Below, piece by piece: positions 48,964 through 62,128 of a DNA stretch of 64,000 nucleotides. The notes beneath the pieces are model-generated. The model made no database searches, was not told where the DNA came from, and saw only the letters and a program-made list of their open reading frames with translations. Position 1 is the stretch's first letter. Every line of letters starts with the position of its first letter. A program made the position numbers and the translations under genes. This stretch comes from Callorhinchus milii (Eukaryota): positions 25,546,001 to 25,610,000 of the forward strand of contig NW_024704743.1 in the NCBI RefSeq assembly GCF_018977255.1, in the 5' to 3' direction.

Positions 48964-51683
48964 AAATAATAAGGGCAAAGGAAAGACTTAAATGGCAGCA
49001 ATGAAGCTGAGTGTTTCAGAGGGCTGAAATTCCTCTCACACTCTGGGGTCTCCAACCCTTGGCTCATGACAACCTGTGCCTAATACTTTCTGGAATTAGG
49101 TAAACAGGGTGCATTTCTCCAGTAAGGGATTGTGCATTCCATTCCGACATGGGAAATTTCCTTGCATTTGTGGAACTCTGTCTGGTTTAGATACTCTTAA
49201 ACACAATGATAGTTTCCCCCATGTATCAGTTACCCAATTGACCAAAACAAAATTTAAATTTGTAACCTAATTTTTGTTGGCTTTTGTATTGCATTTACCC
49301 CATGATTTTGAAATGAAAACAGCACTGAGTCCCTAATGTTCTGTACAAATAAAGCATCGATCACTGCAAGTTTATCAAGGAGATAATCAACAGCTGAGTG
49401 CGGGAAAATAACGCAAAGAGTATACATCTTTCATCCCAAAAGCTTATGATCTTTGTGTAGAAATTGTAATTTTTTGTGGTTTAACAGCATCCAGTGTTGC
49501 TTCATAAGTACAAAATATTACATTGGTTTTGCCTGAAGATTGTTCATTGTTTAAAATTGAAAGTTTTACAGAATATTGGAATAAAAATTAAATTCGATCT
49601 ACATTTTGAAACCAGGTTTCCATGGTTCTTTTGGGCACTACAGAACTTCCAAAATTAGGAATTTAATAACTTTCCAAAATTCTGCATAATCTTATATTTT
49701 GAGTGCAGGGCACAGTGGTTGAAAGCTCATCTGCTGATAGCTGGGACAGAGCAAGTGGAGCAGAGGGAGTGTAGGTTCACAGGAGGTAACATTAGGGATA
49801 GAGAGTCAGTGGAGCTGAATGAAAATGGGGGTGATGGACTTATGGAGCCCTGTGCAGCAGAGTATAGGCTCTGGACCTGTGGATAGTGTGAAGCTGTGGA
49901 GGATGGAATGCAGGGTGATGGTAAAGTTGAGTCTGGGGGTGACAGGACCAGGATTAAAATTGCTAAATCATCAGTAGAGTAAATCTAACCTGGCTCACAA
50001 TAGTGAGCATTGGTTGAGGTCAGTTAACCCTGCACAGGAATTTGAAACTGTGACTTGATGGCATGAATGGCCTAGCACCTCATTGGGTGGCTCCTTTACC
50101 CAGTAACCCATCAAGGGAGGATTGATACTTGGAGAAAAAGAGAAAAGCTGTATGAGTGATCACTGCAAAACTGGTTGACTAAACAAGGCAAGGTATGAAC
50201 TATGTTACAGGGTATTGCTGGCTGGCGAGTCAATAGACACTATCAGCGCTACTCATACTTTTGCTAAGAAAGGGGAGATGAATTGGTGCACAAGGCACTC
50301 ATCACTTAACTCACAGGAGCAGACCCAATGGGTTTGTTCAATGACTGTCACAGCCCTTGCACAACGATGGCTATATTTTTGGCACCACTTGAGAGGTGAA
50401 GAGAAGTTTGAGAGCTGTCAGCACAGTCCAGCTGCAACTGAAATGCAAAACTTTCCCAGTTTAGTTTGAGACAATAGTGTCATCATTGAGGGAAGGAGGG
50501 AAGGGAAAACAGATGAAAATATTTCTGGAAAGCTGCAAGAACTGAACAGTAGGGTCACTGACATGAGTGTTCAGTCAATAAATCCTGTAAAACAGAAATT
50601 CAGTAAAACTGTGCGGTGACTTGTTCCTAATAGCCTCAATATTTGGGGATCTAAATGGTAGCCTGCAATGGGAAGACTTCACACCTGGGTCTAGATTTAT
50701 TCTATTTACTTAGCGTTTTAGACCGTATAGAACTTGGCAAATTGTTGAATTTGGTCTTAACTTCAAAATGGGTTTTCTATAGTTCTTAAAGGAAACTTGA
50801 AAATTATTTTAAGAATTTACCAAATCCTGAATGCACTGAAATGCTACCTAAACAAAGCAAATCTAGACCCACGTGACATTTCTCAACACTGTACGGTACT
50901 GCGTATGATCAAGTCTAGTGTGGTCATTCAGCCAGTGAGCCATCAGGAAAATGTGCAGCCTGAAAACTTCAGTGTGGCTTTTATGGTTGTCAGTGTTCCT
51001 CTTCTTGTGAAGAAAGGTGCTCAGTGATGTGAATGAGATCAACTTGCCATAGATTGTTGTTGCGTTGTAGGAATGTGAATGGTTTCTGTGTGCTGCCGAT
51101 GCACCTTTAAAGCCCTTTACCATTGAACTGATCAGATTCCCGAAGGAATGGTTCCAAATTAGTTTGACAGCTTATTGAAGAGCTTGTGGCACTTTCACTT
51201 TATTAAAGCAGCAACATGCCATCTTTTTAAATCCCAATACTATTCATAAAGGTGGGCCCTAAATCATTTCATACAAATGAAAGGCTTATTTGCAGCGTTG
51301 TGTAAGAAGATTAGAATGAGGAAAATATGATCTGAGTAGTATGGCTTTGAAAAATCAGACTTAATTTATAACAAGTCTCCTTAAGGGAGCGATTGCTGTA
51401 GCTGTTAGTGAAATCATTGAACTTTAATCACCTATTTCTACCTTATTGTGGTTTTCATAAGTGAATGTCAGAGAGGATCAGACTGTGTGTTGCTGGAGAG
51501 TGGGGAGTTGAGGTTACTTGGGAGTGACTTGAGAGTGGCTCTTGGTGGCCCACACAGTTTGAGAGCTATCTGTGCAGTCCAGCTGCAACTGAAATGCAAA
51601 ACTCTCCCAGTTTAGTTTGAAACAACATTGTCATCATTGAGGGAGGGAGAACAAAACATGAAAATATTTCTGGAAAGCTGCAG

Positions 51684-52112
51684 TAGTAGCACTCTTGCCT
51701 CTGAATCAGAAGGTTGTGGGTTCAAGTCCCACATCAGACCTTGGAATCACATAGTCTAAGCTGATACTCCAATGCAGTGCTGGGAATGTGTTACATTTTC
51801 GGAGGTGCCATCCTTCAGATGAGACGTTAAAACCGAGGTTCTGTCTGCCGGTAAAGTGGATGTTAAAGATCCCATGGCACTATTTGAAAAGAGAAGGGAG
51901 TTTCTCTCGGTGTCCCAGCCAACAATTCCCCAAATAAAAATTGGTCACTCATTCCATAGCTGTTTATGGGACATTGCTGTGCGCAAACTTGGCTGTTGCA
52001 CTTTGCCCACAAAATACACAGTTAATCCACTTTACAGCATATCCTGTGAAGTGCTTTGAGATGTCTCAATGACATAATATATGGCTATAGCCAACGCAAG
52101 GATTATTATTAT
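51684..52112 (+). mobile_element. Older Deu-domain SINE (SacSINE1/AmnSINE1-like)
   Basis: tRNA-like head, then GGAGGTGCC...GATGAGACGTTAAA.CCGAGG...GTGGATGTTAAAGATCCCATGGCACTATTTGAA, which I recognise as the Deu core. Further copies lie at ~40-260, 25440-25690, 28270-28420, 36570-36815, 38180-38445, 44440-44710, 61610-62345 and 63330-63505. Confidence 0.8.
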
Positions 52113-52184
52113 CACAATATTGCTTTGGTTGAGAAGTAGCATTGGATCTCATCCTTCCAGGACATCCACTTTAGCATCTTTCCT

Positions 52185-52499
52185 AGAGTCCTGCAGCTCA
52201 GTGGTTAGAGCACTTGCCTTGCAAGCGAAACACCTGGGTTCAATCTTAGGCAGGGTGAAACCTTGGGCAAGTTTCCTTACTCCACACTCCTAATAATAAT
52301 CCCTCCAAAAAACCAAAACAATAATAAATTTGGCATTTTCAATCCACTACTGTTTGTAGGACACTGCTGTGCGCAATTAGCTGCCGTGTTTCGCCCACAA
52401 ATATGAGGTCAATTCACTTTACAGCATATTCTGTGAAGCGCTTTGAGATATCTAGAAGACATGAAAAGCGCTATATCAAATGCAAGGATTATTATTATT
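52185..52499 (+). mobile_element. tRNA-derived SINE (subfamily A)
   Basis: Same head, body and tail as the other subfamily A copies. Confidence 0.88.
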
Positions 52500-55400
52500 T
52501 CCATCACAGTATCAAGCTGTTTTTTTTAATAAATCCAGTGTCCTGGCATTGATCACTCTTCGGGGTAACCTGTTCCAATCATTAATTACCCTTTGGATAA
52601 AGAAAACTTCCCTGTTGTCTATCATGAAATTGCTCTTTGCAACTCTAAACCTGTGTCCCCTTTTACTGTCTTGGTACATCCTAACACCTGGAGTGAAGAA
52701 ATCCCTTTTATTATCTCCCTAATGTTTCTGTTGTCAATCCTGAGGCTGTGCTCCATTGTCCTCTTGAGGTGTGTTGACCAGCCATTCGGGAAATTCTGCA
52801 CACTTTCCTGCAGGGGTCACTGCATTGTAGGAAGAAGCAATAAGCCTGAATTTAATTTTAATTTTCCTCCTCTTCCCGCTCACCTACCCTTAGCCCAGGG
52901 AGTCTGATGGCAATTGTAATGATCCAACTGCTGAGATCAGTAGATCAGTAACTCAACACACACTGGAGATTGAAATGGGTGGTGATATCTGTTATAGACC
53001 TTTATTTATCATATACATATATATTGTGAGCAGCCTTGACGATGTCATAAGATGCTGTACCAAATATAAGGATTATTATTATTTGTTATTAAGTCACCCA
53101 AATATCTCAAAGTACTTCTTATTTACTATAAAGTACAATAACCATATTTTGTAGGGGAATGTGGCAGCCACGTTCCAGAAACAGCCACAAAGAGAATGAC
53201 CAATATTATTTGGGAGTTTCTTGGCCATGACACTGGGAGAAACTTCCTAAAGAAAGTCTTTGTGATGTTGAAGTATTTGTTTGCGGTAAATCCTCAGCCA
53301 GTAGTGTGAAGTTTCTAACTGATTTCTCGCTTGGGTGTGAAAAGGTTGTTTGTGGTCGGTAGTGGGATGGAGGGAGTGGAGGCGAGTTTTGCTTGACTAT
53401 TTCCAATTTACTTACTAGCGCAAAGCAAATTATTGTGGGCTGCAAGCCTCGCAGAGCCTGTAGAAATTTAATTAGAGCGGGATTGAAAATGTGTTTGTGC
53501 CGGGCAGCCCGCCTGCTGTTCTCTAATACTCTTAAACGGCAGCCGCGTTAAACTGTTAATTCTGCTTGCTTTTTCTGTTATGAATACGGTAAGTAGTTTT
53601 GTTTTATCTGATCGGTTGGACACTTGCATGCCGCAAACAGAGGCAGTGACTGTCAACCCTTACAGTTGCCCACAAAAGTACAGCCAATTCACTTTACAGT
53701 ATATTCTGTGAAGTGCTTTGAGACGTCTCGAAGATGTGATAAGGCGTTATATCAAATATAAGGATTATTATTATTATTTATATTATTACAGTGGCTGAAC
53801 CCCTCCTGCTCCTGTTATACTAATCCTTGATAAAGTGCCTTATCAGGTCATCAAGACTTCTCACAGCCCTTAACAGGATTTTACTGCCAAGTGTGCTGAC
53901 TTTGTATTTCCAGGCACATGCCATTGGAGATGTTCAGAGACGATAATTGAGGACACTTGTTCCACGATAATATACAGTATTGATGCTTTTTGCTTCAACC
54001 TGTAGCGATGGTGACATGATGGCCTGGGAACTTGGTTGAATGCTCGTTTGAATGGTGACTCACTGACTGTAAGAATGTTCGGTTGTTTCCATCATCATAC
54101 TTGCAGCTGGTAGGAACTATTCCAGTTATTCATTTGGTAAGAATGTTAATTTATTTGCACTCTCAGTTAATTAGATTTATAACAATGTCTTGTGGGCAAA
54201 AAATATTTTACAATTATTTCGAATAGTTTGTATTTTAATTTGTCTCTCTCAACTCAAACTCACGACTCTGGGGGGTTGGGTGTAAATATCAAGCTCTATG
54301 ATAAACTATAGTTTCCTGTGAGTGAAGAAGTTTCTCCAAACTCCCTTTTAGATCTGCTGCTAGTTATCGTTTTGCCCCTTCATCTTGGATTCTCCAACAA
54401 GTAGAAATAGTCTATTAACATTCATATTTAAGCGCTCTGGGACCCCACCCTGCGTGAAGGTGCTATATAAATGCAAGTTGTTGTTGTATATTATTGAATA
54501 CTCACTACCCTTTAAGTCTGGATAGCCTATCTTTTGTTTTTCAAAGCCACGATAAACCTAGTTCAGTCTCAAACCGTGTTGGAATAGTAACAGTGTGTTG
54601 GATTGTAATAATAAGTTGGCTTCATTCCAACCCAAAGCAACCTAAACAATGGGTTTATGGAAAGGTTGGACAGCAGGTCCCACCTTTCAGATTGCTCTGC
54701 CTACCTGTGATTCACTGGTGCAATAAAGTTATTTGATTACTGCTACTTAAAAGAAACCGTACACTAAAGTGATTCCACCTTATTGTGAGGACATGTTTCA
54801 GATATTAAGATTGACCTCACCTGCCTGGTGCAATACAGTTATCACATTGTTACTGCTACTCAAAAGAAACTGAAATCCTAAAGCGAATCCTCTCTCCTTG
54901 TGATTATGTGTGTCATGAGGGCGTGGAATGGTAATATTAAAAGCCTTTCTTTTATTAAAACTGAAAGCTGTACTCAACCATGTAAAACAGAGAGACGCCC
55001 ACTCACAGTGACACCAGAAGATACTCCTGTCTAAGCACAAGTCTCCTGCCATTTTTAAGCAATGGAGATTGTAAAAGCGCTAGCCAGTCACAGTTAATAC
55101 TGAAACACGCCTGCTGTATTCGCTGCCTCTCGGTCTATCTGTCCTCTTTCTTTCAGTAGGTGTTTGCCTACAATCCAATCGCTACACTTTACAATAAATC
55201 CTATGAAGCACGTTGAGATGTCCTTCAACTTGAAAGCTGCTATATCTTAAGCAAGTATGATGATGATTCTTCTTGTTATAAAACTTTGCCAATCATTGCA
55301 TCCCACATGACACAATGTAGAAGTTTGCAGTGTATTATTCTTAATGTATTAGATAGGTAGCATGGGTTGCTATGTATATGGTATGGCCATAGTGGTGTTA

Positions 55401-55551
55401 GTGCCTGCCAGGTCTGGTGGATTATGGCTGCACCACTTTTTCTTTGCCGTGTTGTAAGCTATGGGCATGGGAAAACCAACTCAGCTCACAAATTTGTGGC
55501 CTGCTGCTTTAATTCACTCTCTCGCTCCAGAGCAAAGGTGTCCAAACTAAG

Positions 55552-55628
55552 GTACAAGCTCCTGTTATCCTTGTACAAGCTCCTGTTATCCTTGTACAAG
55601 CTCCTGTTATCCTTGTACAAGTTCCTGT
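55552..55628 (+). repeat. 21-bp tandem repeat (GTACAAGCTCCTGTTATCCTT), about 3.6 copies
   Basis: Three perfect units plus a partial unit. Confidence 0.9.
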
Positions 55629-55849
55629 AATCTGGAATGTCAGTCAAATCTAAAACTGCTAACAGAATCTCTGCTGATCGCCCAATGGATATATGCGATA
55701 TAGCACCAACACAAACAGAGCAGAACACTGCTGATTTGCATCATGTGTTGGGACTCTACTGTTGATCTCGGCTTCCCTGTTTTGGGGGTATGGGGGTGGG
55801 AGGAATCAGTCAGGGTTTTTTTTAAAGTCAGCCGGGTGTCTGACACATG

Positions 55850-56600
55850 CAGAAACCCATCACCATGTTTAAGGATATCCAAACGAAACTGAGAATTCCA
55901 TGCATCTTACTTACACATGGAAATTCAAGACCCTTTTGTTGGTATGCACACATGCACACTCTCCCTGGAGGGACACATCCTGTTTACCTAATCCTGGAAA
56001 GTATTAGGCATAGGTTGGAAAGAGTCAAGGCTTGGGCACCCCAGAGTGTGATGGGGTACTGCTGGCATCTAACCAGCTAAAAACACATAGCTTGTCATTG
56101 TCTGGCAAGGTTTCCTGCTGCTTGTCCAGCTAACTGTTAGGGCTTTGCCTGTCCTCAGTGACCCAGATCTGCCCTTCCAAGTCCTGCTGATGAGCCAGGC
56201 TGGCTGTTCTGTCCCAAGCAGTGCCAGGGTCCAGTCCACAGTATTCCAGGTTACTCCTGATGACAGCACAGCGAGGATGAAACTGGACAGTAATTGGATC
56301 ACCGAGACACTACGGAAGGTCCTGACATTCTGTTGCCAAACATGCCACCTTGGAGCCAGTTCAGCTCCTAGGAAACCCCACTTACCTCCTTCCCTCCTCC
56401 CAAGAAGAATGATCACTAGCTCACTAGTTGATCATTTGACATCCGACAAGCGCAAGTTTGAGCTCTAACTTGGTGGATGGTAGGGACCAGGAACTCCCTG
56501 CTAGCTTCTTGGTGGGCAACACAGCTCAACATTAAATGCATGGAAGCATTGCCACCATCTTCCTGTGCGCAGCTCAGACACACGTGCATTCCCATTGAGT
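55850..56600 (+). mobile_element. Degenerate Gypsy pol (RT/RNase H) fragment
   Basis: RVKAWAPQSV resembles the KV.AI..WP.P.S region; PVLSDPDLPFQV resembles PVL.HPD..PF.V preceding the RNase H DAS motif. Confidence 0.5.
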
Positions 56601-58316
56601 CAGGGTTTCCATACCCAATGGCTACCCTGAGAACTTTTGTTGGAACCTGAATGTAGGTGTATTAACATCTGGCTGAAAGTTTTTACAACTAATGTTTATA
56701 GTGGCACATAAATTGCAAAATGGTCATTCAAATAGTTTTACAATCTTTCACGATTAGATTATAGATCTGTCATTTGCTAATATCCAATGTGCTATATTGT
56801 GTACGCTATGCACCTCTTGCCCAGAGGTTTTATTCTGACTGGCCATAATGCTGCAGGTTTTTGATGACATGGATGTTTAAAGAAGAAAATCACTTTCTAT
56901 GCTCTGCTAATTCAAGCCTGTTCCCCTCTGATAGGCTATCTTTCAGCTACTTTGCTCCCGCTCTCTGGAAGTCTCTTCCTGAATCCCTCCCTTCCTGCCT
57001 GCTTTAAAAATCCTTCTAAAATCTCTTTGAATGCACTTTGGGCCATTGACCTCCTACCCTTATCTTGAACTGTACTCAAGCTCTAACTCCGTTGCTGTGA
57101 AATGTTTTGAGACATTTTGCTCATACATACACAATGCTGTTGTTGTATTGTGGAGGTCTATTAGTTCTGTAGGCCTGCTGTTTTTTTACAATTGTGATCT
57201 AGAGTACAATTTATAATATAACTATTAGAATGAGGTGCCTCACACTGCAAAAAGCTTCCAGGAAGAGCCCCCACTACACCCGCCTCGGAATTCCTTAATT
57301 TAGGAATCCCGTTTGAAATCACTGGGCTTCAGATCCTATTTTCAACTTTCATTTACATTTCATGCGTGGACTCGATTAAGAAGAATTAATTGTAAGGACT
57401 GCTTCATCCTTTCTGTTCCAAAACTCACACTCATATGCAGCAGCAAAACAAGTAGGAAAACAAGACTGCAGGGAAAGTCAGATCAGAATATAGGAGGTCT
57501 GTAACTACACACACAACTTTTATGGAGAATTTCTCGACCTGTTCTTGAGTGAATCTGGGTATGGCTGTTTTTTCAAAAAAAACTTTCAGTGAGTTCATGA
57601 CCCAACCATTGCAAACAAACCTTCAGCATGTCTCCTTAATGACCTTTGTTTTTAAAACAAGGCCTGTTTCTTTGCAAGTCTTTTGGATAGCGTTACTCAT
57701 GTGTGTGTGTGTTGTGTCAGAACCGTTTAAAATTTGAACAATGTACCAGTCTGTTTATCAGTCTGTCCTGAAGGAATGCCACTTGCAGTCAGTGAAAGGG
57801 AAATGACTAGAAGCCTCTCCTCAAAGGGGTGTTTTTTTTTAAAAAGCAACAAAGCCTCGCAGCATTTTGATGCTTGTCCATATCCACTGCAATAGAGTGC
57901 AAATATGATATCAGCAACAGGGTTTGCAAAGGATTTGTAAATCGTGAATCCTGCTGGTAACCAGATGATCTTCACGCACATCCTCGCGAACTCCACTTTG
58001 ACCATCTGCAAGTTATGTCGGAGCGGAGTTCCTACAGAGTGCTGTGATGTTTGTATGAATCGTGTGGAGGGTAAATGCCAGCACGGACTAATTGGGCTGA
58101 ATGGCCTGTTTCCGTGTGATACAATCTACGTAAATTTATGGATTATCAGCAGGATTCAAAACTTGCGTATTGCTTGCGAATCCTTTTGCAAATAATTCGA
58201 GTTGATACAAACAGAGTTGGTACAAATAAGTGTAGTTTTCTTAATCACCCCCAAAAACAAAGTGATTCTTAAAGGCATACTTGTGGTGTTTATGTCTAAA
58301 GTGGGCACTGTACAGT

Positions 58317-58508
58317 TAATAATAATAATAATAATTCTTGCATTTGATATAGCGCTTTTCACGTCTTCTAGACGTCCCAAAGCGCTTTACAGAATATATT
58401 TGTGGGCGAACGCGGCAGCCAATTGCGCACAGCAGTGTCCCACAAACAGTTATGGATTGAAAATGACCAATTTATTATTTTTTTTGTTTTTTGGAGGGAT
58501 TATTATTA
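58317..58508 (-). mobile_element. 5'-truncated SINE (subfamily A)
   Basis: Tail and body only. Confidence 0.85.
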
Positions 58509-60872
58509 TATCTTCCTTGTCTGAATTCTTCTCCCGAAAATGCCTATCATTATTATTGTATTGGACATCCAAGGTGCTGTGAAATCCTTCCGACGTGAAT
58601 GGCACTATACAAATGTAATTTGTTGTTGTTTATAGGTGGACGCAGACAATTGCAAACATTATCAAAGAGAAACTACATATTTTGTATAAGTTTAGATTCT
58701 CTTAAAAAGAGCTCACATTTTTCACATGATGCGCTAGGTATCTTCATCCCTTTATTGGAGACAGTTTCATGCTCCTGATGCTTTGTGCATGCCTTGCCTT
58801 TAGCTTACTTGACTGTAGTAGGCAAAGAAAGGTCAACATGTCTTTAGCTCAGTCCTTGTGTTAATTAAGTTGAAGAACACGGGAAGGAAACTTGTAAGCA
58901 TTGGCTGTTCTGACTGTAAGCAATCTGGTGCTTTATTTGACCGCAAAATTGAGGGATTTCATTCATGTGAGTTGTATATAATGGCTGTATCTTTAGAAGG
59001 CCTACAATTCACATGAGGTTTACTTTAAAGCGGAGGGCAGATACAGATGCAGGATGAATAGTGCACTTAATGATTTAATGAAAGACTGCGCCTGAACATG
59101 CCCTCAAATAATGATGCAATTCACTTCTAAAGATATAAGCTTGCATCTCCAAGGTAGTTTATCCCAGGGTTCCAACCACTAATCCCCAGAGAAACTAGTC
59201 ATTCACTTCATGGCTGTTTGTTGCATGTTGCTGCGTGCAAATTGGCTGCCGCATTCACCTACACCTACAATCACAACACTTTCCAGTAAATCCTGTGAAA
59301 CACTTTGTAATGTTTCAACATTGTGATAAGGTTTTATATCAAATAAAAACAAAATAATACTTACATTTTATATAGCGCTTTTCAAAAAGGGAGGGTGTCT
59401 TAGAAGCACTTCACAGGAATCACTGGAAAGTGAAGTGACTTGACTCAGTACCTTGGGATGTCCAGATGTGAAAGGCACTATTTTCATATCATTTTGTTGT
59501 TGTTTGTAGGTGAATACAAGAAGTAACAAAGAAGCTACCAAATATGTATTTGGCATAACTTTAGAATAGTTTTTTAAAAAAGAGCTAGCATTTGAGACGA
59601 TTCTATCAGTCTTATATGTAGACCCACTATATAGCTTGCTCTCCCTTGCAGAGTGTACTTGGTCCCTATAACTACATATAACTTGACTAATGAGTTCTTT
59701 CACTACGACAGGACTATTAAATTAAAGCAAATTTGGAAGCTTCAGTCAATCAGAGATTTATTTTACACCTCTGTGACCTAAGCTGAACCTGTTTGTGTAT
59801 TCCCTCCTTCTTTGATTTATACAGAAAGCTCGAGTTAAAGCACGGTTAAGTCGGCTCAACTGAATTTTATTGGCGCTTCAATGAAATCTGCAACCCTTGG
59901 CATTATATCTTAAATGGCACGACAAAATATCAACAATATCAACTATGAAATAAACATAAATCACACTTAAATTACACACGCTAGCAGCCACTTGTAATGA
60001 AGTTAATGCAAAAGTGCACAAAGAACCAACCTCTGACTCATTAATAGTCAGAGCACCGACTTCTGTTGGCATCAGTTAGGAAAATAGTGACCACAAGCAC
60101 ATGGCGCTCATTCTTTTATGGACGTTGAGCCCCTTCACGAATGAAGGTATCCAGTGGTATTTGCAATATAAATTAAAGCAAATTTGGAAGCTTATGGTCC
60201 ACTTAAAATCATCCTTTAAGTGACCCAATAGGGAAACCGTACACCTTCCTATCCACCTAGGCAAATTATAAATAGTTGCCTGCCAAATTGTTGCAATCGA
60301 TGCTAGAATCAGATTTGATGGCACCACAAGTATCAAAATTGCTAGATACATAAAGTGCGAACAAATAAACATTACAGAACATATTTTAAACAACAAACTG
60401 GTATAGAAAACAAACAAGGTGAACCTGACACATTTTTCATGCGATTATACAGGTGTCTTCATCCCTTTACTGCTCAAAACTCTTTTGTGAAGAAAGTCAG
60501 TTACAGAGAATTATAAATAAACTCCTCTCTTGTGTCAGTTATTTATGCAACTGCGTTTTTAATGTGTTTTTCAAATTTGTTTTGTAAACCATGGTTGTTC
60601 ATTCATGTGTCCCATTTATGTATCAGCCTGGTCCAGTGATAGCACTCTCGTCTCTGAGTCACTCATTCCATTGGTGTGTGCAAACTGGCTGCCATCTTTT
60701 GCCCACAAAATACACAGTCAATCCAATTTACAGTATATCCTGCAAAGTGCTTTGAGACATCTGAACGACATTAAGGCCTATATCAAATGCAATGATTATT
60801 ATTCACAATCTTTTAAAAACTTTGCAGAGGAGATCAAAACGTATTTTTTTCTCCTTCCAATTTTCCAATCGT

Positions 60873-61195
60873 GGAGTCCTGTAGCTCAGTAGTTAGAGCA
60901 CTCGCTTTACAAGCGAGAGACCTGAGTTCAATTCCAGACAGGGCGAAACCTTGGGCAAGTTTCCTTGCTCCACACAGAGCCTAATAATAATCCCTCCAAA
61001 AACCAAAAACAATAATAAATTGGTCATTTTCATTCTACGACTGTTTGTGGGACATTGCTGTGCGCAATTGGCTGCCGTGTTTGTCCACAAATATACAGTC
61101 AATTCACTTTACAGTGTATTCTGTGAAGCGCTTTGGGACGTCCTCCCGATGTGAAAAGCGCTATATCAAATTCAAGAATTATTATTATTATTATT
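60873..61195 (+). mobile_element. Young tRNA-derived SINE (short subfamily A), full length
   Basis: Head GGAGTCCTGTAGCTCAGT(A)GTTAGAGC (A box)...GAGTTCAATTCC (B box); body; tail GCGCTATATCAAAT...(TTA)n. Confidence 0.9.
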
Positions 61196-61773
61196 TCCGT
61201 TCTTTTGCCCTGAGGCCCTGGCTCATTTCTGCTGTGGTGGCAGCAAAAGGTTAAACAACAACAACCAAATTACATTTATAGAAGCACAGCTCCCACAAGG
61301 CAATGGTCCTTGTGATACGATGACCCTTACACTGATGTGTGCTTGACATAGTGAATAGTATACCACCCGCTGCCTCCACTTGGCTGGCTCCAGCCTCCTG
61401 ATGGCCCCTTGTCCCCTCTGCTCCACCATCAGTAGTTTTACCTTAGTTTTACCGCTACTCTGTGTGAAGGGAGCCATATAAATGCAAGTTGCGTTGTTGT
61501 AATGTTGTCATCTTCTGCATAGGAATGAAAAGACCCAAGTAAGGGTGGAGCCAGTGGAAGAGGAGCAGAGCTGTGGAAGGTTCAAAATCATCTCCCTTTA
61601 ATAATAATCCTAATAATAAGCATAAACCTGCATTTCAAAAACAGTGGTGCCTTTCATATCGGTAGGAGATCTCAAAGAGTTTTCTGTGAAGTGTAGTGAA
61701 GGTGTATCTTGTAGGTGAAAACAGCAGCCAATTTGCACCCAGCAATGCAGCAAAATAGCTGTGAAGTGAATAA

Positions 61774-62128
61774 GAACATAAGAAATGTTGGAAGAAGACC
61801 AAGGTCCATCTAGTTCGCCTTCCACCTTCCTAGCAGTCACATGGACATATGTCCCGAACTACCTATGTACTTTATACCATAACGTTATTTGTTGAAAGAA
61901 AACTATCTAATCTGTGTCTCAAAGAATCAACACTCGCTGCTTCAACCGTCTTCCTAGGGAACCTGTTCCACAGGTTCAATCTTTGCTCATTAAAATAGTG
62001 GTTGCGTAGATTCATTCTGAATTTAACCCCCTTCAATCGCAGGCCGTGTCCTCTGGTTTTACTATTCTGGACAAGTTGGATCAGCCTGTCATGATCTATA
62101 TTGTCTAACCCTTTTAGAATCTTGTTTA
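61774..62128 (-). mobile_element. CR1 3' fragment inserted into a Deu-type SINE, 6-bp TSD GAATAA
   Basis: Homologous to 15060-15400; GAATAA at 61768-61773 and 62129-62134. Confidence 0.85.

Noticed and set aside
59718..60193. CRISPR-like reading of the direct repeats (also 55552-55628)
   Set aside because: Only two copies with a 425-bp gap, or tandem units without spacers; vertebrate context and no cas genes.
60873..60945. tRNA-like sequences with A and B boxes (also at 14450, 40585-40655, 48895-48963 and 52185)
   Set aside because: They are SINE heads followed by the SINE body and tail, with no proper acceptor stem or terminator, so they are not tRNA genes.
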